A stretch of DNA of 64,000 nt. Origin: Candidatus Brocadiia bacterium. Its GTDB lineage: Bacteria; Planctomycetota; Brocadiia; CAIUPP01. The notes beneath the pieces are model-generated. The model was given only the letters and a program-made list of their open reading frames with translations, ran no database searches and was not told where the DNA came from. The translations under genes and the position numbers were made by a program. Shown in pieces: positions 9,857 through 23,070 of this stretch (positions are counted from its first letter, which is position 1; every line of letters begins with the position of its first letter). The stretch is from assembly GCA_050015075.1 (NCBI GenBank), contig JBEKCB010000027.1:9426-73425 (forward strand). The letters run 5' to 3'.

Positions 9857-10444
9857 TCAGGCCGCCTGCATCCCACGGAGGTTCAGCCAGAACTCGGTGT
9901 TGCCGCCGCTGCCGGGAATCGGGGATTGGACTTCGCCCAGGATCCGCGCGACTCCTTCCAGCGCCGCGCGGACGCGCTCCATCGCCAGGCCGAGCCCGGC
10001 GGCCGCGAGGACGCCGCGCTGAAGCTCCAACCGCTCGACTTCGTACTGGGGTTTGACGAGCGAGAGGACCGCGCCGCCGGGCTTGAGCGAACGCAGCGCC
10101 GCCGGGACGCTCAGCCGCTGCGGAGTCCAGCCGGCGTCAATGACCGCCAGGTCCAGCGGCTCCGGAGATTTCCAGTAGAGGAGATTGGTGCGTTCGTGGA
10201 CGACGACGCGCGCATCGCTGCGGAGTTTCCAGTCGAGGATGCCGTAGCCGGTGTCCACGGCATGGACGCGCAGAGCGCCCTGCTGCAGCAGGCAGTCGGT
10301 GAAGCCGCCGCGGTGGCAGCCGAGGTCGGCGCAGACCAGGCCGGAAACCGAAAGGCCGAAGTGCCGGAGGGCGAATTCCAGCTTCAGCCCTCCTTTGCCC
10401 ACATAGCCGCACGATTTCGGCCGACTGCCGCGCGCGCGTTTCAT
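9857..10444 (-). CDS. TlyA/FtsJ-like RNA 2'-O-methyltransferase lacking the N-terminal S4 domain
   Basis: YVGKGGLKL, DLG...GGFTDCLLQ.GA, LVKPQYE, SPIPG.GGNTEF; start 10444 or 10465. Confidence 0.8.
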   Translation of the reverse strand: MKRARGSRPKSCGYVGKGGLKLEFALRHFGLSVSGLVCADLGCHRGGFTDCLLQQGALRVHAVDTGYGILDWKLRSDARVVVHERTNLLYWKSPEPLDLAVIDAGWTPQRLSVPAALRSLKPGGAVLSLVKPQYEVERLELQRGVLAAAGLGLAMERVRAALEGVARILGEVQSPIPGSGGNTEFWLNLRGMQAA

Positions 10445-10476
10445 GGTCCGACAGCCGCTCGTCATTTAGAATTCGA

Positions 10477-10544
10477 CACCAAGACGCCAAGGCGCCAAGA
10501 ACGGAGGATGAGGTTTCCTTTCCTGGCGCCTTGGTGTCTTGGTG
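10477..10544. repeat. 24-bp imperfect inverted repeat built from 8-nt units (possible terminator or REP-like element)
   Basis: caccaaga-cgccaagg-cgccaaga (10477-10500) vs tcctggcg-ccttggtg-tcttggtg (10521-10544), 2 mismatches. Confidence 0.85.
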
Positions 10545-10565
10545 GTCTAAGACACACGCGACCGC

Positions 10566-14240
<3,675 letters not shown>

Positions 14241-14278
14241 CCTGCGGGCTCCTCAAAACGTAAAAGGCCTGCGAGCGG

Positions 14279-14701
14279 TTACTTCTTCTTCTCCGCGGCG
14301 GCTTTCGGCTCGGCCGCTTCGGGAGCGGCCGGCTCGGACGACGGCAGCAGTTCCATGATCACCTGCGGCGCATTGTCGCCGAGGCGATTCTCGCTTGCGG
14401 ACAGGTGCAGAATCCGCGTGTAGCCGCCCGGGCGGTCCTTGAAGCGAGGGCCGATCTTGGTGAAGAGCTGGCGGACGACGTACTTGTCGTCGAGGGTCGC
14501 CAGCGCGCTGCGGAAGTTGGCCAGGCCGCCCTTCGCGGCGATCGTGATCAGCTTCTCGGCCATGCTGCGGACTTCCTTGGCCTTGGCGGGCGTGGTGCGG
14601 ATGCGCCCGAGCAGGAACAGGTTGTTGACCAGGTTCCTGCGCATGGCCACGCGATGGGCCGAGGTGCGTTTGAGATGGCGTCCACGCCTGCGGTGTCGCA
14701 T
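14279..14701 (-). CDS. rplQ: 50S ribosomal protein L17
   Basis: MRHRR...TTPAKAKE...RPGGYTRI. Confidence 0.98.
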   Translation of the reverse strand: MRHRRRGRHLKRTSAHRVAMRRNLVNNLFLLGRIRTTPAKAKEVRSMAEKLITIAAKGGLANFRSALATLDDKYVVRQLFTKIGPRFKDRPGGYTRILHLSASENRLGDNAPQVIMELLPSSEPAAPEAAEPKAAAEKKK

Positions 14702-15726
14702 CAGGTTTCCTCTTTCTTCGGAGCTTCGCGCGGGGCGCCTTCGACCTTCATCCCGAGGGTGAGGCCGAGTTCGCCGAGTTTGCGCTTGACCTCTTCGAGC
14801 GAGGTCTTGCCGAAATTCCGCACCAGGAGGAGCCGCTCCTCGTCATACCCGACCAGGTCGGCGACGGTGCGGATCTCTTCGCTTTCCAGGCAGTGCGACG
14901 AACGGACGCTGAGTTCGAGCTCGCTGATCGGCAGCGAGAGCCGCGCGCTGAGGTCCTCGGAGAGCACCGGCCGGATCGGCGCCAGGCTGCCGGCGGCTTC
15001 CGGCTCCTGCAGTTCGGCGCCGAGCTCGAACTGCTGCACGAACGGGTTGAGGTGCTTGCGGAGGATCTTGGCCGCCTCGACGAGCGCAAATTCCGGCGTC
15101 AGGGTGCCGTCGGTCCAGATCTCGAGGACGAGCCGGTCGTAGTTGGTCCGCTGGCCGACGCGCGTGTCCTCGGTCTTCGGGCGCACGCGGATCACGGGCG
15201 AAAACATCGAATCAATCGGGATCCGCCCGATCTCAAGGCCTTCCTTCTCGTTCTCCTCGGCGGTCCGATAGCCGCGGCCCTTCTCCGTCGTCATCTCGCA
15301 CTGGAAGTGCACGACCTTGGTGAGCGTGGCCAGGTGCAGGTCCTTGTTGACGATGTCCACGTCGGCGTCGCAGGTCACGTCGGCGCCGGTGACGTCGCCC
15401 TTCTTTTTGACGTCGATGCGCAGGACGGTCGGCTTGTCGCCCTGCATCCGGATGCGAAGCTGCTTCAGGTTGAGGATGACGTCGGCGACGTCCTCGAGCA
15501 TGCCGTCCACGGCGCTGAACTCGTGGAGGACGTTCTCGAACTTGACGGAGCTGATGGCCGCTCCTTCGAGCGAAGAGAGCAGGACGCGGCGCAGACTGTT
15601 GCCGATGGTGGTGCCGAAGCCGCGCTCGAACGGCTCGATGAAGAACCGCGCGTAACGGTCCGTCTTGGTGGCCTCATCGCAGACGACCTTGGTTGGAAGC
15701 TCGAAATTTCTCCAGCGAATTCGCAT
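14701..15726 (-). CDS. rpoA: RNA polymerase alpha subunit
   Basis: EPFERGFGTTIGNSLRRVLLSS, LSVRS, RNFGKTSL. Confidence 0.99.
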   Translation of the reverse strand: MRIRWRNFELPTKVVCDEATKTDRYARFFIEPFERGFGTTIGNSLRRVLLSSLEGAAISSVKFENVLHEFSAVDGMLEDVADVILNLKQLRIRMQGDKPTVLRIDVKKKGDVTGADVTCDADVDIVNKDLHLATLTKVVHFQCEMTTEKGRGYRTAEENEKEGLEIGRIPIDSMFSPVIRVRPKTEDTRVGQRTNYDRLVLEIWTDGTLTPEFALVEAAKILRKHLNPFVQQFELGAELQEPEAAGSLAPIRPVLSEDLSARLSLPISELELSVRSSHCLESEEIRTVADLVGYDEERLLLVRNFGKTSLEEVKRKLGELGLTLGMKVEGAPREAPKKEET

Positions 15727-15774
15727 TTGAAGCCCTCCCGATAGAATGGGCGCACAGCCCAGGCGCGCGGCCGC

Positions 15775-16407
15775 TCACCGCGCGCAGATTTCCACGATCA
15801 GCTGTGGCTCAAAGCCCTCCGCGAGTTCATCAGCCTTCGGCAGGGCGGTCACTTTGCCTTCCAGCGGCTCGGGCTGCACGTCGAGCCAGGACGGAACGGC
15901 TCGGCCTTTCGTTGACTCCTTGATGGCCTTGAACAGGCTGACGACTTTTTCTTTGGGGCGCGGCGCGATGGTGTCGTTCATCTCCACCAGGTAGCTGGCC
16001 CGGTCCAGTTTATGGCCGTTGACGAAGATCAGCCCGTGGGCGATGGCCTGCCGCGCGTGCCGGCGCGAAAGCGCCATGCCCATGCGGAAGAGCACGTTGT
16101 CCAGCCGGCGTTCGAGCAGGCGGAAGAGGTTCTCCCCGGTGTTGCCGGCCTGGCGCTCCGCGAGGGCGAACAGCCTGCGGAACGGGCGCTCGCGCATGCC
16201 GAAGGTGCGCTTGCAGCGCTGCTTTTCGCGCACGCGCACGCCGTACTCGGAGATCTTCCCGCGGCGGAACGGGTGCTGCCCGGGCGGGTAGTCGCGCCGA
16301 TGGAAAGCGCACTTGGGGCTTTCGCACCGAGTGCCTTTCAGGAAAAGCTTCGTGCCTTCCCGCCGGCACGCCTCGCACTTCATGGCGATTGTCTGACCTT
16401 TGGCCAT
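15775..16407 (-). CDS. rpsD: 30S ribosomal protein S4
   Basis: CRREG.KLFLKG, PPGQH, LERRLDNV. Confidence 0.98.
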   Translation of the reverse strand: MAKGQTIAMKCEACRREGTKLFLKGTRCESPKCAFHRRDYPPGQHPFRRGKISEYGVRVREKQRCKRTFGMRERPFRRLFALAERQAGNTGENLFRLLERRLDNVLFRMGMALSRRHARQAIAHGLIFVNGHKLDRASYLVEMNDTIAPRPKEKVVSLFKAIKESTKGRAVPSWLDVQPEPLEGKVTALPKADELAEGFEPQLIVEICAR

Positions 16408-16479
16408 CCTCTCTCCTCTTTGAGAATGCGGAGTCCGGATTTCTCCGGTCCGCGCTCCGTACTGGGCGATCTGCGACCG

Positions 16480-16860
16480 TTACACGCGGCGCTTCTTCCG
16501 CGGACGGCAACCGTCGTGCGGCAGAGGCGTCACGTCTTCAATGCTGCGGACCGCGATGCCCGCGGCCTGCAGGGCCGTGATGGCCGACTCGCGGCCGGAC
16601 CCGGGCCCTTTCACCTTGACTTCGACCTCGCGCACGCCGAGCTTGCGGGCCTTCTCGGCCACGGTCTCGGCCGCCCGCTGCGCGGCGAACGGCGTGCTCT
16701 TGCGCGAGCCCTTGAAACCGATCGTCCCGGCGCTGTCCCAGCAGAGCACCTCGCCGGCCGGATCGGTGATCGTGATAATCGTGTTGTTGAACGTCGCCTT
16801 GACGTGGGCGATCGCCTTCGTGACGCTGCGGCGCACTTTGCGTTTTCGACTCTTGGCCAC
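16480..16860 (-). CDS. rpsK: 30S ribosomal protein S11
   Basis: [29 protein letters not shown]. Confidence 0.98.
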   Translation of the reverse strand: MAKSRKRKVRRSVTKAIAHVKATFNNTIITITDPAGEVLCWDSAGTIGFKGSRKSTPFAAQRAAETVAEKARKLGVREVEVKVKGPGSGRESAITALQAAGIAVRSIEDVTPLPHDGCRPRKKRRV

Positions 16861-16890
16861 CGGCCGTCTCCTTCTGAACCTGCCTCGCGA

Positions 16891-17277
16891 TTAGGTGTGC
16901 GTTTCCTTGACGCCCTTCTTCACGGCGACGGTCTTCCTTGGTCCCTTGCGCGTGCGGGCGTTGGTCCGGGTGCGCTGGCCGCGGACCGGCAGGCCGAGAC
17001 GATGCCGGATCCCTCGATAGCACCGGATGTCGCGAAGGCGCGCGATGTTCTGCTGTTCCTGGCGGCGCAACTGGCCCTCGATGACATAGTGGTCCTCGAT
17101 GCAGGTCGCCAGCCGGCTCAACTCGTCGTCGTTGAGCTCCTTGGCGCGCGTCTCCGGCTTGATGCCGACCGTCTGAAGGATATCCAGCGCGTTCTTCGGG
17201 CCGATGCCGTAGATATACCTCAGCGCGATGCAGATTTTCTTGTCCGCCGGAATGTCTACGCCTGTGATCCTGGGCAT
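16891..17277 (-). CDS. rpsM: 30S ribosomal protein S13
   Basis: [31 protein letters not shown]. Confidence 0.98.
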   Translation of the reverse strand: MPRITGVDIPADKKICIALRYIYGIGPKNALDILQTVGIKPETRAKELNDDELSRLATCIEDHYVIEGQLRRQEQQNIARLRDIRCYRGIRHRLGLPVRGQRTRTNARTRKGPRKTVAVKKGVKETHT

Positions 17278-17289
17278 CTTCGCTTTCTC

Positions 17290-17403
17290 CTAACCCTGGC
17301 GCTGCTTGTGGCGCGGGTTCTTGCAAATGACCCTGACAACCCGGCGGCGCCGGACGACTTTGCAGCTCTCGCAAATTCTCTTGACCGATGCGCGAACTTT
17401 CAC
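17290..17403 (-). CDS. rpmJ: 50S ribosomal protein L36
   Basis: Manual translation from GTG: [37 protein letters not shown]. Confidence 0.98.
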   Translation of the reverse strand: MKVRASVKRICESCKVVRRRRVVRVICKNPRHKQRQG

Positions 17404-17445
17404 GACCGCCTCCTCTCCCGCTCGAAGCGGGACGCGACTGATCCC

Positions 17446-17661
17446 TTAGCTGCGATAAACGATCCGCCCCTTCGAAAGGTCGTAGGGCGAAATCTCCACG
17501 GTGACCTTGTCGCCCGGCAGAATCCGGATCCAGTTCATGCGCATCCGTCCGGAAACGTGCGCCATCACCTGATGGCCGTTCTCCAGGACGACCTTGAACA
17601 CGGCGTTGGGCAGGGCCTCTTTGACCGTTGCCTCCACGCGAATCGGCTCTTCCTTGGGCAT
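17446..17661 (-). CDS. infA: Translation initiation factor IF-1
   Basis: [29 protein letters not shown]. Confidence 0.98.
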   Translation of the reverse strand: MPKEEPIRVEATVKEALPNAVFKVVLENGHQVMAHVSGRMRMNWIRILPGDKVTVEISPYDLSKGRIVYRS

Positions 17662-17662
17662 T

Positions 17663-18427
17663 TTATCCGTTCCGTACGGGCGCCAGCGTCAGCACGTCGC
17701 CGCCGCTTTCCGTGATTGCGACAGTATGCTCGAAGTGCGCCGAGAGCGAGTGGTCGGCCGTGACGACCGTCCAGCCGTTCTCCAGCCTGCGCACCTCGAA
17801 CCCGCCGGCGTTCACCATCGGCTCGATGGCCACCACCGCGCCTTCCGGCAGGACGCGGTCGCGCACGGCCTTGGTCACGAAGTTCGGCACTTGCGGCTCT
17901 TCGTGCATTTCGCGGCCGATGCCGTGCCCGGTGTAATCGCGCACCACCGAGCAGTTCTGCGATTCGACGTACTTCTGTATCGCTTCCGACAGCGTCGAGA
18001 GCTTCATGCCCGGCTTCAGCGTCCGAATGCCGCGATCGAGCGCCTCGCGGCAAACCTGCATGAGGCGCATCGCCTCTGCGGTCACTTCACCGACCGGCGC
18101 GGTGATCGCCGCGTCGGCGCAATATGCTCCCAGGCGCACGCCGACATCCACGCTCAGGATGTCGCCCGCCGCCAGCTTGCGGGGACCGGGAATCCCGTGC
18201 ACCACCTCTTCGTTGACCGAAGCGCAGATGCTCTTCGGATACCCTCGGTATCCTTTGAAGAGCGGAATCGCGTTCCGCTCGCGGATCAGCGCGTCCGCCT
18301 TCTGGTCCAATTCCTCGGTTGTGATCCCCGGCACGGCCAGGGTGCGGCACCGTTCGAGGACTTCCGCCACAATCGCACCCGCCTGCCGCATGCACTCGAT
18401 TTCGCGAGGCGACCTGCGGTTGATCAC
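17663..18427 (-). CDS. map: Methionine aminopeptidase type I
   Basis: [35 protein letters not shown]; GTG start overlapping the adk stop. Confidence 0.96.
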   Translation of the reverse strand: MINRRSPREIECMRQAGAIVAEVLERCRTLAVPGITTEELDQKADALIRERNAIPLFKGYRGYPKSICASVNEEVVHGIPGPRKLAAGDILSVDVGVRLGAYCADAAITAPVGEVTAEAMRLMQVCREALDRGIRTLKPGMKLSTLSEAIQKYVESQNCSVVRDYTGHGIGREMHEEPQVPNFVTKAVRDRVLPEGAVVAIEPMVNAGGFEVRRLENGWTVVTADHSLSAHFEHTVAITESGGDVLTLAPVRNG

Positions 18428-19092
18428 GCCAAAGACCTCCCCGCCTGAACCTTGGCCAGCGCGGCGGACACGGAGGCCGTCACTTTTTCCGGCGCCTCGT
18501 CCGAGGCGATCCGGTGCAAGAGCCCGCGCCGGTCGTACTCCTCCACCAGCGCGCGCGTCTGCTGCGCGTACACTTGCAGCCGCTTGCGGATCGTCTCCGG
18601 CTGATCGTCCGGCCGCTGCGTCAATGCGCTTCCGCACCGGTCGCAGCGCCCGGCCTGCTTCGGCGGCATGTGCCGCTCGTGATAATTGGCGTTGCACCGG
18701 CTGCACGTCCGGCGCCCGGAGAGGCGCTCGATGGCCACCGCGTCCGAGACGTCGAAATAAAGCACCGCATCGAGCGGCAGGCTGCGCTCGGCCAACAGGG
18801 CGTCGAGCGCCTGGGCCTGCGGCAGGGTGCGCGGAAACCCGTCCAGCATGAACCCTTTCCGGCAGTCCGGCTGGGCGATCCGTTCCGCCACGACGGCGGA
18901 GGTCACCTCGTCCGGCACCAGCCGGCCCGACTCGATATATCCCTTCACGGAGCGCCCGAGCGGGCTGTCGCTGCCCATGGCCGCGCGGAACAGGTCTCCG
19001 GTGGAGATCTGGGGCAGCCCGTAAAGCTCCTGAATCTGCCGCGCCTGCGTGCCTTTTCCGGCTCCCGGCGGGCCCAGCAGGACTATAATCAA
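18424..19092 (-). CDS. adk: Adenylate kinase (Zn-lid type)
   Basis: GPPGAGKGTQA, LDGFPRT, CxxC..CxxC lid. Confidence 0.98.
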   Translation of the reverse strand: MIIVLLGPPGAGKGTQARQIQELYGLPQISTGDLFRAAMGSDSPLGRSVKGYIESGRLVPDEVTSAVVAERIAQPDCRKGFMLDGFPRTLPQAQALDALLAERSLPLDAVLYFDVSDAVAIERLSGRRTCSRCNANYHERHMPPKQAGRCDRCGSALTQRPDDQPETIRKRLQVYAQQTRALVEEYDRRGLLHRIASDEAPEKVTASVSAALAKVQAGRSLA

Positions 19093-20477
19093 AATCTCCT
19101 CCGCGATACCCGGGTAAAGCCGTCGTAATGGCGCACGAGCAGTTGCGCCTCAACTTTCTTGACGAAGTCCAGCGCGACGCCGACGGCGATCAGGATGCTG
19201 GTGCCGCCGAAGAATTCCGCGACGATATAATGCACATCCAGGCCCCGCATCATCATTCCCGGGACGACGGCGATCAATGCCAGCGAGGCCGCGCCGGGAA
19301 GAGTGATCCGCGTCATGACGCGCTCCAGGTATTCCGCCGTCCGATGACCGGGCCGGATGCCGGGAATGAACGACCCGTTTTCCTGAAGGTTCTTGGCCAT
19401 GTCCGTCGGGTTGAAGGTGATCGCCGTCCAGAAGTAGCAGAAGAAGAAGATCAGCACGACGTAGAGGAAGGTGTGGACGAACGTGAAGCCGCTCGACCCG
19501 CCGCCGAGGGAGTCCATCACCGCCTTCGACACGCCGTAGAAAAAGTTGCTTTCCCAATGTCCGCCCGGCCCCGTCGCGCCCATAAGGGCCTGCGCGCCGT
19601 ACATCGGGAACATCAGCAACGACTGGGCGAAGATGATCGGGATGACGTTGGCGGCATTGACCTGGATCGGCAGGTAGTGCTTCATGCCGCCATAGACGCG
19701 CTGGCCGCGCACCTGCTTGGCCTGCTGGAACGGGATGCGCCTCTGGCCCTGGGTGATGTAGATGATGCAGAACACCACCGCCACGAACAGGACCAGCAGG
19801 AAGCCCACTTTGAGAATGCCGATCTGGCCCTCAGCCGGGTTCAGCGTGAACTGAAACTGGCTTTCCAATTCCGTGATGGCCGCGGGGAGGCGCGACATGA
19901 TGTTGGCCATGATGATCAGGGAGATGCCGTTGCCGATGCCGTACTCGTCAATCTGCTCGCCGATCCACATGAGCAGAAGCGAACCGGCGGTCATCAGGAG
20001 TCCGGCCAGCAGAAACATCCCGTAACCGAACGATGCGGGGAAGATGGCCGCCCCCGAAACGCTCAGCGCTTTGATCATCATCGGTCCCTGGAAGAAGCAC
20101 AGCAGGACCGTGGCGTAGCGCGTCCACTGGTTGATCTTCTTCCGGCCGGCCTCGCCCTCCTCGCTGACTTTCTTCAGCGTGGGGACGACCTGCACGAGCA
20201 ACTGGAAAATGATCGAGGCGCTGATGTAGGGCATCACGCCCAGCGCGAAGAGCCCGCAGCGCTGCAGGCCGCCGCCGGAGAACATGTTCGCCAGGTTCAG
20301 CAGCGGCGCCCCGCCGCCCCTGCCGGCGTTCTCGAAGAAGCGCGACAGCGCCACGATATCCGCGCCCGGGACCGGGATGAAGACGCCGACCCGGCAGATG
20401 GCCAGAAGGATGACCGTGATCAGGATCCGCCGCCGCAGTTCGGGAATCCGGAATGCATTGGCCAGAGTGTCCAGCAT
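19089..20477 (-). CDS. secY: Preprotein translocase SecY
   Basis: LGVMPYISASII, GIGNGISL, IPGIRPG, GGTSILI. Confidence 0.99.
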   Translation of the reverse strand: MLDTLANAFRIPELRRRILITVILLAICRVGVFIPVPGADIVALSRFFENAGRGGGAPLLNLANMFSGGGLQRCGLFALGVMPYISASIIFQLLVQVVPTLKKVSEEGEAGRKKINQWTRYATVLLCFFQGPMMIKALSVSGAAIFPASFGYGMFLLAGLLMTAGSLLLMWIGEQIDEYGIGNGISLIIMANIMSRLPAAITELESQFQFTLNPAEGQIGILKVGFLLVLFVAVVFCIIYITQGQRRIPFQQAKQVRGQRVYGGMKHYLPIQVNAANVIPIIFAQSLLMFPMYGAQALMGATGPGGHWESNFFYGVSKAVMDSLGGGSSGFTFVHTFLYVVLIFFFCYFWTAITFNPTDMAKNLQENGSFIPGIRPGHRTAEYLERVMTRITLPGAASLALIAVVPGMMMRGLDVHYIVAEFFGGTSILIAVGVALDFVKKVEAQLLVRHYDGFTRVSRRRF

Positions 20478-20920
20478 TACAGTTCCTTTACCTCGCCGCC
20501 GGCTTCCTTGATCTTCTGCGCTGCACTGCTGCTGAAGCGATGCGCGTGCACCTTGAGCGGCACGTCGAGCGCCCCGCCGCCGAGGATCTTAACCCCGTCC
20601 TTGAGTTCGCCGATCAAGCCGGCCTTCAACAGCGCCTCCGGCGTCACTTCCGAGCCGGCGGGAAAACCCTTCAGGTCGCCCACGTTGACCGCCGAGAACT
20701 CCAGGCGGTACTGGGCGTTGCTGAAGCCGCGCTTGGGAAGCCTGCGGAACAGCGGCGTCTGGCCGCCTTCGTAGCCGATGTAGCCCTTGTTGCCGGAGCG
20801 CGACTTGGCTCCCTTGAGGCCGCGGCCGCAGGTCTTGCCGTGGCCGGACCGCATGCCGCGCCCCACGCGCTTCCGCTTGTGATGGTGCAGCGAGATTTTC
20901 TCGATTTCCTGGAGATTCAT
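20477..20920 (-). CDS. rplO: 50S ribosomal protein L15
   Basis: RVGRG..SGHGKT.GRG.KG, EGGQTPLFRRLPKRGF; ATG 20920. Confidence 0.97.
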   Translation of the reverse strand: MNLQEIEKISLHHHKRKRVGRGMRSGHGKTCGRGLKGAKSRSGNKGYIGYEGGQTPLFRRLPKRGFSNAQYRLEFSAVNVGDLKGFPAGSEVTPEALLKAGLIGELKDGVKILGGGALDVPLKVHAHRFSSSAAQKIKEAGGEVKEL

Positions 20921-21420
20921 TCCAGTGAGACTCCTCTGAGGCGCGCCACTTCCTCCTTCGTGCGGAGCTTGCTCAACGCGTTGAAGGTGGCCTTGACGAG
21001 ATTGACCGGGTTGTTCCTCCCGAACGACTTGCTCAACAGGTTGCGGACGCCGGCGACTTCCACCACGGCGCGCACGCATGCGCCGGCGATGATGCCGGTG
21101 CCGGGGACGGCCGGGATCAGGATGATCTTCGAGGCGCCGAAGCGCCCATGGACCTCATGCGGAATCGTGCCGTCGGCGACCTTGAAGCGCATCAGGCTCC
21201 GATGCGCCGTCCGCGTGGCCTTCTCGACGGCGCCGGGGACATCGTTGGCCTTGCCGAAGCCGTATCCCGCAATCCCATCGCGGTTGCCGCTGACGACGAT
21301 AGCGCTGAAGTGGAAGCGCCGCCCGCCCTTCATGACTTTGGCCGTGCGGTTGATCCCCTTCTCGACGACCTTGTCCTCGAGAGAGATCTGCCGCATGTCA
21401 ATGAGTGCCTGCCTTCTCAA
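20917..21420 (-). CDS. rpsE: 30S ribosomal protein S5
   Basis: NRTAKVMKGGRRFHF, PGTGIIAG; probable TTG start at 21420 after GGAGG (alternative ATG 21396). Confidence 0.95.
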   Translation of the reverse strand: MRRQALIDMRQISLEDKVVEKGINRTAKVMKGGRRFHFSAIVVSGNRDGIAGYGFGKANDVPGAVEKATRTAHRSLMRFKVADGTIPHEVHGRFGASKIILIPAVPGTGIIAGACVRAVVEVAGVRNLLSKSFGRNNPVNLVKATFNALSKLRTKEEVARLRGVSLE

Positions 21421-21443
21421 GTGTCCTGCCTCCCGGCTCTGGT

Positions 21444-21486
21444 GTTTAGTTGCGCAAATTGGCTTACCAAATTTACACAACTAAAC
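21444..21486 (-). promoter_or_regulatory. AT-rich RNA hairpin upstream of rpsE
   Basis: GUUUAGUUGUGUAAAU-U-UGG/UAAG/CCA-AUUUGCGCAACUAAAC, 19 bp including two G-U pairs on the mRNA strand. Confidence 0.6.
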
Positions 21487-21581
21487 GCGGTCCAACGGAA
21501 CGTATAACTCGATATAACGACGCGGCTTATTGCGGTCATGCTTCCTTCCGGAAATAGGACACCTATCTCCGCAAGGAAGCA

Positions 21582-21950
21582 CTAGAAAACCAATCCCGCC
21601 TCGCGCGCGGCCTCGGCCAGCGCCTTCACGCGGCCGTGATATTTCCGCCCGCGGCGGTCGAAGCATACCTTCTTGATGCCCCTGGACAGGGCGACGGCGG
21701 CAATCTGCTTGCCGACGGCTTTCGCCGCTTCCACTTTTCCGCCGGACTTCAGGCCGGCTTTCAGCTCCGGCGTCAGCGAACTGGCCGCCGCGAGCACGTG
21801 GCCCGTCACGTCGTCAATGATCTGAGCATAGATCTGGGCGAGGCTGCGCTTGACCGCCAGCCGCGGCCTTTCGGCCACGCCGGTGGCTCTCTTGCGGCCG
21901 CGCCGCGCCCTGCGCGCCAAAGCGAATCGTTTTCTGCTCGTTCTTTCCAT
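21582..21950 (-). CDS. rplR: 50S ribosomal protein L18
   Basis: RPRLAV.RS...[11 protein letters not shown]...[17 protein letters not shown]. Confidence 0.98.
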   Translation of the reverse strand: MERTSRKRFALARRARRGRKRATGVAERPRLAVKRSLAQIYAQIIDDVTGHVLAAASSLTPELKAGLKSGGKVEAAKAVGKQIAAVALSRGIKKVCFDRRGRKYHGRVKALAEAAREAGLVF

Positions 21951-22004
21951 GGCTACGTCTGCCGCTGCCTCAAGAATTCAAAACCGCTTCGGGAACTTCC
22001 CCAC

Positions 22005-22568
22005 TTACGCGCCGGTGCCGACGAACGCCTTGCCGGCCTTGCGGCGGATGACTTCGGTCGTATACTTGATGCCCTTGCCCTGGTACGGCTCGGGCGGCTT
22101 TGCGCCGCGCACGCGCGCGGCGAACTGGCCGACGTCGTGCTTGTCGCTGCCCGAGATCGCCAGCCGGCCCGGGTTCGTGGCCTGCGTGATCTCGACCTTG
22201 ATGCCCTTCGGGACCTCGAACTTGATGGTATTCGCGAACCCCAGCTCGAGCAGCAGCACGCCGGCTTCGAGCTTGGCGCTGAAACCGATCCCGACGATCT
22301 CCATGTCTTTGCGGTATCCCTGCGTCACGCCGACCACCATGTTCTTGACGAGGCTCCGCTCCAGGCCGTGCAGCATCCGCTGCTGCTTGGTGTCGGAGGC
22401 GCGGCTGAGGACCAGGCGCCGGTTCGCCGCGTCGTTCTGGCAGGTGATGCCTTCCGACAGCGAGCGCTCCAGCGTGCCCAGCGGCCCGGCGACCGTGACT
22501 TTGTTGCCCTCCAGCTTGACCTGGACTTTATCCGGCAACGGAACAGGTTGTTTTCCAACTCGTGACAT
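22005..22568 (-). CDS. rplF: 50S ribosomal protein L6
   Basis: MSRVGKQP, PEPYQGKGIKY. Confidence 0.98.
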   Translation of the reverse strand: MSRVGKQPVPLPDKVQVKLEGNKVTVAGPLGTLERSLSEGITCQNDAANRRLVLSRASDTKQQRMLHGLERSLVKNMVVGVTQGYRKDMEIVGIGFSAKLEAGVLLLELGFANTIKFEVPKGIKVEITQATNPGRLAISGSDKHDVGQFAARVRGAKPPEPYQGKGIKYTTEVIRRKAGKAFVGTGA

Positions 22569-22595
22569 CGTCGCTCACTCCAACTCCAGGACTGC

Positions 22596-22994
22596 TCACC
22601 AAATGGTGCAGAGGATTTCCCCGCCGACGTGCTCCTTGCGGCATTCCCGGTCGCTGAGGATCCCGCGCGGCGTCGAGAGCACGGCGATGCCGGTGCCGCG
22701 GAGGACCGGCTTCAACTCGGTCACGTCGCGGTAGACGCGCCGGCCCGGCTTGCTCTCGCGGTTGATCTCGGTGATGACCGGCTCGCCGACGGAGCTGTAT
22801 TTGAGGTAGACGCGGATCATCTTCCGCCGGCCCTGCTCGACGACCTTGAAGTCCTCAATGTAGCCTTCGCGCTTGAGGACCTCGAGGATCCGGCCCTTCA
22901 CAATCGAGGCGGGCGCGTCCACTTGGCGCTGGCGCACGCTCACCGCGTTCCGGATGCGCGTCAGCAGGTCGGCAATCGGATCCGTCATGCTCAT
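22596..22994 (-). CDS. rpsH: 30S ribosomal protein S8
   Basis: TDPIADLLTRIRNA, SKPGRRVY, GGEILC. Confidence 0.98.
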   Translation of the reverse strand: MSMTDPIADLLTRIRNAVSVRQRQVDAPASIVKGRILEVLKREGYIEDFKVVEQGRRKMIRVYLKYSSVGEPVITEINRESKPGRRVYRDVTELKPVLRGTGIAVLSTPRGILSDRECRKEHVGGEILCTIW

Positions 22995-23070
22995 CGGCTC
23001 TTATCCCTTCCCGCTCTGCGGGAGTCCAAAACAACCCGAGCGCGCAGCGTACTGCGCGCGGTTTACAGCC

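Noticed and set aside
17663-19153. Apparent 496-aa extended Map ORF overlapping adk
   Set aside because: Map homology begins at GTG 18427; the upstream part is an alternate frame of adk, not a fusion
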